Under the pieces are notes generated by a model. That model did no database searches. It worked only from the letters and a program-made list of their open reading frames with translations, and was not told the DNA's origin. This document shows positions 59,799 to 64,000 of a stretch of DNA of 64,000 nt, piece after piece. The first letter of the stretch is position 1; each line of letters begins with the position of its first letter. The stretch comes from an uncultured bacterium (GTDB taxonomy: Bacteria; Desulfobacterota_D; UBA1144; Nemesobacterales; UBA2774), in contig CAVPJU010000008.1 of assembly GCA_963705505.1 (NCBI GenBank), forward strand, positions 64,001 through 128,000, given 5' to 3'. The translations under genes were made by a program, and so were the position numbers.

Positions 59799-60606
59799 AT
59801 GCCTAAAGTAAAAGCCAACGGTATAAGTATCAATTACGAGAAAACGGGACAGGGAGAGCCCCTTATAATGATCCCTTATCTGAGCGCCGACAACGCCTGC
59901 TACGCCTTCCAGACGCCCGAGTATGGAAAGAGCTTCGAATGCATCTCGTTAGACCCGAGAGGGGCGGGAGAGACCGACAAACCTGAGGGGCCCTACTCGA
60001 TGGAGCTGTTCGCCGACGACGTAGCGGCTTTTATGGACGCGCTCGGAGTAAAGAGCGCGCACGTGATGGGCGTTTCTTTAGGTGCGGCGACGGCGATGTG
60101 GCTCGCGGCGAAATATCCGGCGAAGGTCAAATCGCTCTCCGTTACACAGCGGGTGGACGAAGTCAGACCCGTTTTTGCAGACTGTAGTGGAAGGCTGGCG
60201 CGTGACCGCCAAGGCGCTTGGCAATGTCGCGGAGGCTGTCATCCTGGGTATTTTCCCCTGGTGTTTCACGCCCGTGCTTTACGCCTCGAAGCCCGAATAC
60301 ATAAAGGCCCTATCCGATTTTGTGAGGAGCAGACCGGCTCAGCCCGTGGACGCGTTCCTGAGGCAGAGCGAAGCCGTTCTGGCGCACGACTGCGAGGCCC
60401 AGCTCGGCAAAATCAAAGCGCCGACCCTTATAACATTCGGCGAGTACGATATGGTATGCTCGACCCGTTTCGCCGACAGGATGAAGAAAAACATCAAAAA
60501 TTCCGAGCTGTTAATTTTTAAGGACTGCGCACACGCCGGGCTATACGAGAATGTAGAAGAGTTCAACAAGAAGACAATGGATTTCCTGGTAAAGCATTCG
60601 GGGTAG
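59799..60606 (+). pseudogene. Alpha/beta hydrolase with a one-base frameshift near 60141
   Basis: DPRGAGET, GVSLG nucleophile; shifted frame LHSGW...APTLITFGEYD...CAH. Confidence 0.8.
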
Positions 60607-60609
60607 ATT

Positions 60610-60900
60610 TCAGGCTCGTGCCTGATAGCGCTCTACTTTGATTTTATTGGCGGCTTTTCTGGCCTGGGCGATATCATAGGATGTCTGCATTCTGAGCAAT
60701 GTATCCATCCTGAGGCCGAAAGCCTTTTCAAAGCGTAAGGCCATTTCAGGCGACAATGATGCCCTGCCGTTTAAAAGTCTGGATAAGGCAGGCCTGGTCA
60801 CACCAAGTATTTTAGACGCGGCTGTGACAGTCAGATTGAGAGGGTCTACAACCTCCTCTTTTAGAAAAACGCCCGGATGCGGCGGGTTATACATACGCAT
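60610..60900 (-). CDS. higA: HigA family antitoxin
   Basis: PPHPG.FLKE, LGVTRPALSRLLNG, SPEMALR, LRMQTSYD. Confidence 0.92.
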   Translation of the reverse strand: MRMYNPPHPGVFLKEEVVDPLNLTVTAASKILGVTRPALSRLLNGRASLSPEMALRFEKAFGLRMDTLLRMQTSYDIAQARKAANKIKVERYQARA

Positions 60901-60911
60901 TGCACTACCTC

Positions 60912-61201
60912 CTAATGATACTCTTCAAAGTCCAAATCATAAATTTCGTTTTCTTCGGGATCGTAGCAGAATGTTAATCTCCAGTTTTGCGTTACGCTCA
61001 TGCTCCAAGTTCCTTTCCGATTCCCTTTCAATTGATGGATCTTCCACATCGGCAGGGCTTCAAGCTCGCCAGCTTCTCCATATCCTGCAAAAAACCCAGC
61101 ATATTAACGAGTTTCGTCACCGCTTGCGCCGGAACACCCTTCGGCTCGCCCTGTAAATAGAGCCTTTTCAGACCCTTGTGCACGATATTTCTGATCTTCA
61201 C
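60912..61201 (-). pseudogene. higB: HigB/RelE toxin with frameshifts
   Basis: GTG start KIRNIVHKGLKRLY...; shifted frames WKIHQLKGNRKGTWSMSV and NWRLTF...DLDFEEYH. Confidence 0.8.
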
Positions 61202-61660
61202 AATTTATTGTAACTCGTAAGTTTACACTTTACAAGATGAAAGTTTGTTCTTTATCGGAATTGTGCCGCGAACCTGGACGGCGCCCACGCCGGGCCTAGG
61301 AGGGACGGCGAAGAGTGCAACAAATAGACGAGGACTCTCGAAGGCATCGGGGAAGAACTAGAGAATTGAAACGAAATTAGGAAAGATGTTTACAACGATC
61401 ATGAATTCGTGGCCTAAGTAAATAGGCTTGTAGTTAGATCGCAAGAAAATGGTAACGGAAGCACTTTCTCTTGAGCGTCTTACTTATCTAGTTGTTCTGC
61501 ACTCGCAACTCCCAGCAATGATGTTAGCTTTTCATTAATATAATGATCTTATTAGCGAATTGCTATGGCGCGTCAGTACCAACTTAGTGATATGGATAAT
61601 TTTTCGAAATAGAAGCGAGAGTATGTTACTGGTAAGTGGGTTTCAGATAATTCTTCGGAA

Positions 61661-62146
61661 TCAATGCGTCAGACTCTTTCTAAAATTGTGAAGCCATTCC
61701 AGCTTTTCACTACGTCTGAACATTGACAGTTCTTGGGCGGCATTAACGTCTGATGCATAATATTCGTTGAATAGCCAGTGCATCGTAGAATTGGTAATGC
61801 TTTTCTTAGACCGAGAATTTCGCATAGTGTGAGTTTTAGGCTTCGCGCGTAATATCGGCGTTGAGAATCTCCAAGCTTGATCGCATCCTTGGATAGGCAC
61901 CTTGTAAATTTCCTTCCATGGTTCTTCTCCCAATCGATACCGATGAAGTCTATCTTTTGGTTGTCTTCCGGAAATTGCAAGATTTGCAGATCCTTTTAAG
62001 GCTTCTATCATCGAACGGTATAAAACGAGATGAGACTCCCGTGCCACTCGAAACATGCTAGGTCGTGAACGCTTCATCTCAAACTTGATATGAAACAAAC
62101 CGTTCTTGATAAGACTAAGATTGTCTATTGATTGGTATATTGGCAT
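61661..62146 (-). CDS. Low-GC hypothetical protein, probably frameshifted, with an RxxxxH motif
   Basis: ORF ends LEWLHNFRKSLTH; protein-like sequence (IPKNY) continues out of frame. Confidence 0.4.
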   Translation of the reverse strand: MPIYQSIDNLSLIKNGLFHIKFEMKRSRPSMFRVARESHLVLYRSMIEALKGSANLAISGRQPKDRLHRYRLGEEPWKEIYKVPIQGCDQAWRFSTPILRAKPKTHTMRNSRSKKSITNSTMHWLFNEYYASDVNAAQELSMFRRSEKLEWLHNFRKSLTH

Positions 62147-62216
62147 TGAACCTTCTTATCTTGGGATTTCTCGAATTACACAAAATTCCCGTATGCCACA
62201 TGAAGCAGAAATGTAA

Positions 62217-62993
62217 TCACCGGACACGCCTCAGAACGGTAAGAACAATCTGGTTACGCTGACCCTTCTCAAGCTCTTCGCTGACTCTTGCGGAAGCTTT
62301 GACTGTCGGATGTTCTGGGTCTATTGAAATATCTTGTAGCCTTCCCGTATAACCAAATCGCTCGACAAACTGAGCATAATGAAGTCCGAACTTCTGTATA
62401 AAGCGTCCAATGGCAACACTGAAAAGCACGTGAATGCCCACACCTGACGGACTTGTACCTTTCATCTGGCGTAGAGCTACATTTACATCATCGTCTACAT
62501 GTGCCCCCCCGCCTTTATCAGCAATGGATCTTATTATCTCGCGAAGTGAAAGAACCGAAGGGTAGTCCGTGAGTGATTGATCCATCCAATCATCAAGCGG
62601 CAGCATCATAGCTCCCGAACCGAATTCAAGGTCTGCTACCTGGAGCCCATTTTCATACGTGGTGATGAGAAACGGCATTCGGGCAAGACGGAATTCTTGA
62701 CCCGGCGGATGCTGAACATCCAACTGAGCTTGTACACCATCAAGGAGATCCGTTTTAGACGGTTCCAAATATTCTATTGGACGTAAAATACCAAATTTGA
62801 GATCAGGGAAGACTCTAGAAAGCAATGGAGGTTTGTCGCAGAGTAGAATCCGCAATTGCCCCGCGAGAGGACGATACATATGAATGGCTCCATTGTAGTA
62901 ATTCGCCAAACAGGTATCGACAACAGCAAAGCATTCCTTTAGTTCTTCGTGCCGCCGTTGCTTTTTCCTAGTATCCTCTGAAATTGTTTCCAT
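62217..62993 (-). CDS. Low-GC hypothetical protein
   Basis: 258-aa ORF with LAGQLRILLCD and IADKGGGAHVD. Confidence 0.65.
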   Translation of the reverse strand: METISEDTRKKQRRHEELKECFAVVDTCLANYYNGAIHMYRPLAGQLRILLCDKPPLLSRVFPDLKFGILRPIEYLEPSKTDLLDGVQAQLDVQHPPGQEFRLARMPFLITTYENGLQVADLEFGSGAMMLPLDDWMDQSLTDYPSVLSLREIIRSIADKGGGAHVDDDVNVALRQMKGTSPSGVGIHVLFSVAIGRFIQKFGLHYAQFVERFGYTGRLQDISIDPEHPTVKASARVSEELEKGQRNQIVLTVLRRVR

Positions 62994-63105
62994 TTTGCGC
63001 CTATATTTTTCATCTCAATATTTATTTTACTAGAACATTGAGGTTTTCTCACTGCCTGTGTCAGGACTAGAAGTTAGACTTTAAAAGACTTAGAATTGAG
63101 ATACT

Positions 63106-63538
63106 TCACCCGCACTCCCCGCACACGCCGTGGAGGTAGAGCTGCAGGGGATTCGATGCGGACGTTGCCGAGCATGGATTTTTCCGTATCCAGCTCGTAT
63201 GTGAAGTCCTTGAGATATACGTCTATTACCTTCCCGCATTTCTCGCAGACGAAGTGGTGGTGCTCTTCGAGGTTGGTATCGTACCTCGTGGAAGGGCCGC
63301 CGAGGTCGAGGTGCGAGAGAAGCCCGGCTTCGACGAGCTGCTCCATGTTCCTGTAAACGGTCGCGGGCGAGAGCATCGGGTACTCGGCTTTCGCCTTCTG
63401 ATATATCTCGTCGGCGGTCATGTGGAGGTTATCCCCGGCGAGGATATGGAATATAACCATCCTTTGCGGGGTGAGCTTTAACCCCTTCTCTTTAGACCTT
63501 TTTATCAATTTTTCCAGTTTAAACGCTTTCTCTCTCAC
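63106..63538 (-). CDS. Fur-family regulator, PerR-like; one extra base near 63150 shifts the C-terminus
   Basis: LTPQR, ATVYRN, HHHFVCEKCG; corrected end LQLYLHGVCGECG-stop restores the second CxxC. Confidence 0.85.
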
Positions 63539-63594
63539 AATTTTTACAGTTTACCCGCGAATTGCCGGGTTGTAAATGCATAATTTTTGCATAT

Positions 63595-63625
63595 AAGAAT
63601 AATTATTACTTGATAATTGATATCG
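63595..63625. promoter_or_regulatory. Putative Per/Fur boxes between perR and dps
   Basis: AATAATTATT palindrome and GATAATTGATATC. Confidence 0.5.
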
Positions 63626-63681
63626 CTCAGTTATCTTATTATCCTATATTCCAGAGACAAAAACAGGAGGCATGCAAAATC

Positions 63682-64000
63682 ATGATAAATATAGGAATAG
63701 AAGACAAAAACAGCGCGCAGGTAGTGAAGATACTGACGAGGGTGCTTGCAGATGAATATGTGCTCTACACGAAGACCAGGGGCTACCACTGGAACGTGAT
63801 AGGGATGCAGTTTAACGATTTGCACAAGTTCTTCGAGGCCCAGTACACGGCTCTCGAGCAGATAATCGACGACGTCGCCGAAAGGGCGAGGACAGTCGGC
63901 GGGCACGCGCTCGGCTCTTTACAGGAGATGCTCGATAACAAGACTCTCGAAGAGGACACGACAAAGGGCACAGACTCCGCGCACATGGTACGTTCGCTGC
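63682..64000 (+). CDS. dps: Dps family protein (partial, runs off window)
   Basis: AGGAGG RBS; LADEYVLYTKTRGYHWNV..FNDLHKFFEAQY...DDVAER. Confidence 0.93.
   Translation, partial: MINIGIEDKNSAQVVKILTRVLADEYVLYTKTRGYHWNVIGMQFNDLHKFFEAQYTALEQIIDDVAERARTVGGHALGSLQEMLDNKTLEEDTTKGTDSAHMVRSL

Overview
Bacterial chromosomal window (about 55% GC by eye) with a gene content typical of a diderm deltaproteobacterial-like lineage; Candidatus Dadabacteria/Desulfobacterota is a guess. Housekeeping genes include lspA-ribE-aroK, corA, mgtE, trxA, tolC/tetR, msrA, an NtrC-type two-component pair, gmd-fcl, tRNA-fMet, hemA-hemC, folE, nuoM, perR and dps. The best candidate for an undescribed system is a minus-strand locus at 33.8-39.2 kb: a consensus sigma-54 promoter, an SsuA-like binding protein, an ABC ATPase with an N-terminal TusA-like (CPxP) domain, a permease, an unannotated 30-aa peptide ending YYCCPDCN with alternative hairpins, an unknown protein and an OprO/P-type porin. 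Other highlights: a NodZ-like fucosyltransferase beside gmd-fcl in a non-rhizobial context; a c-di-GMP-I riboswitch upstream of a hypothetical gene; three copies of the tRNA-fMet 3' end; a DEDDh-WYL fusion; tandem PTPS-II-type domains before folE; two shared ECF-type promoter motifs; mosaics of nested REP-like palindromes; and a HigBA plus HEPN-like islet. At least seven genes carry small frameshifts, which suggests assembly indel errors, so pseudogene and fusion calls need read-level checks.
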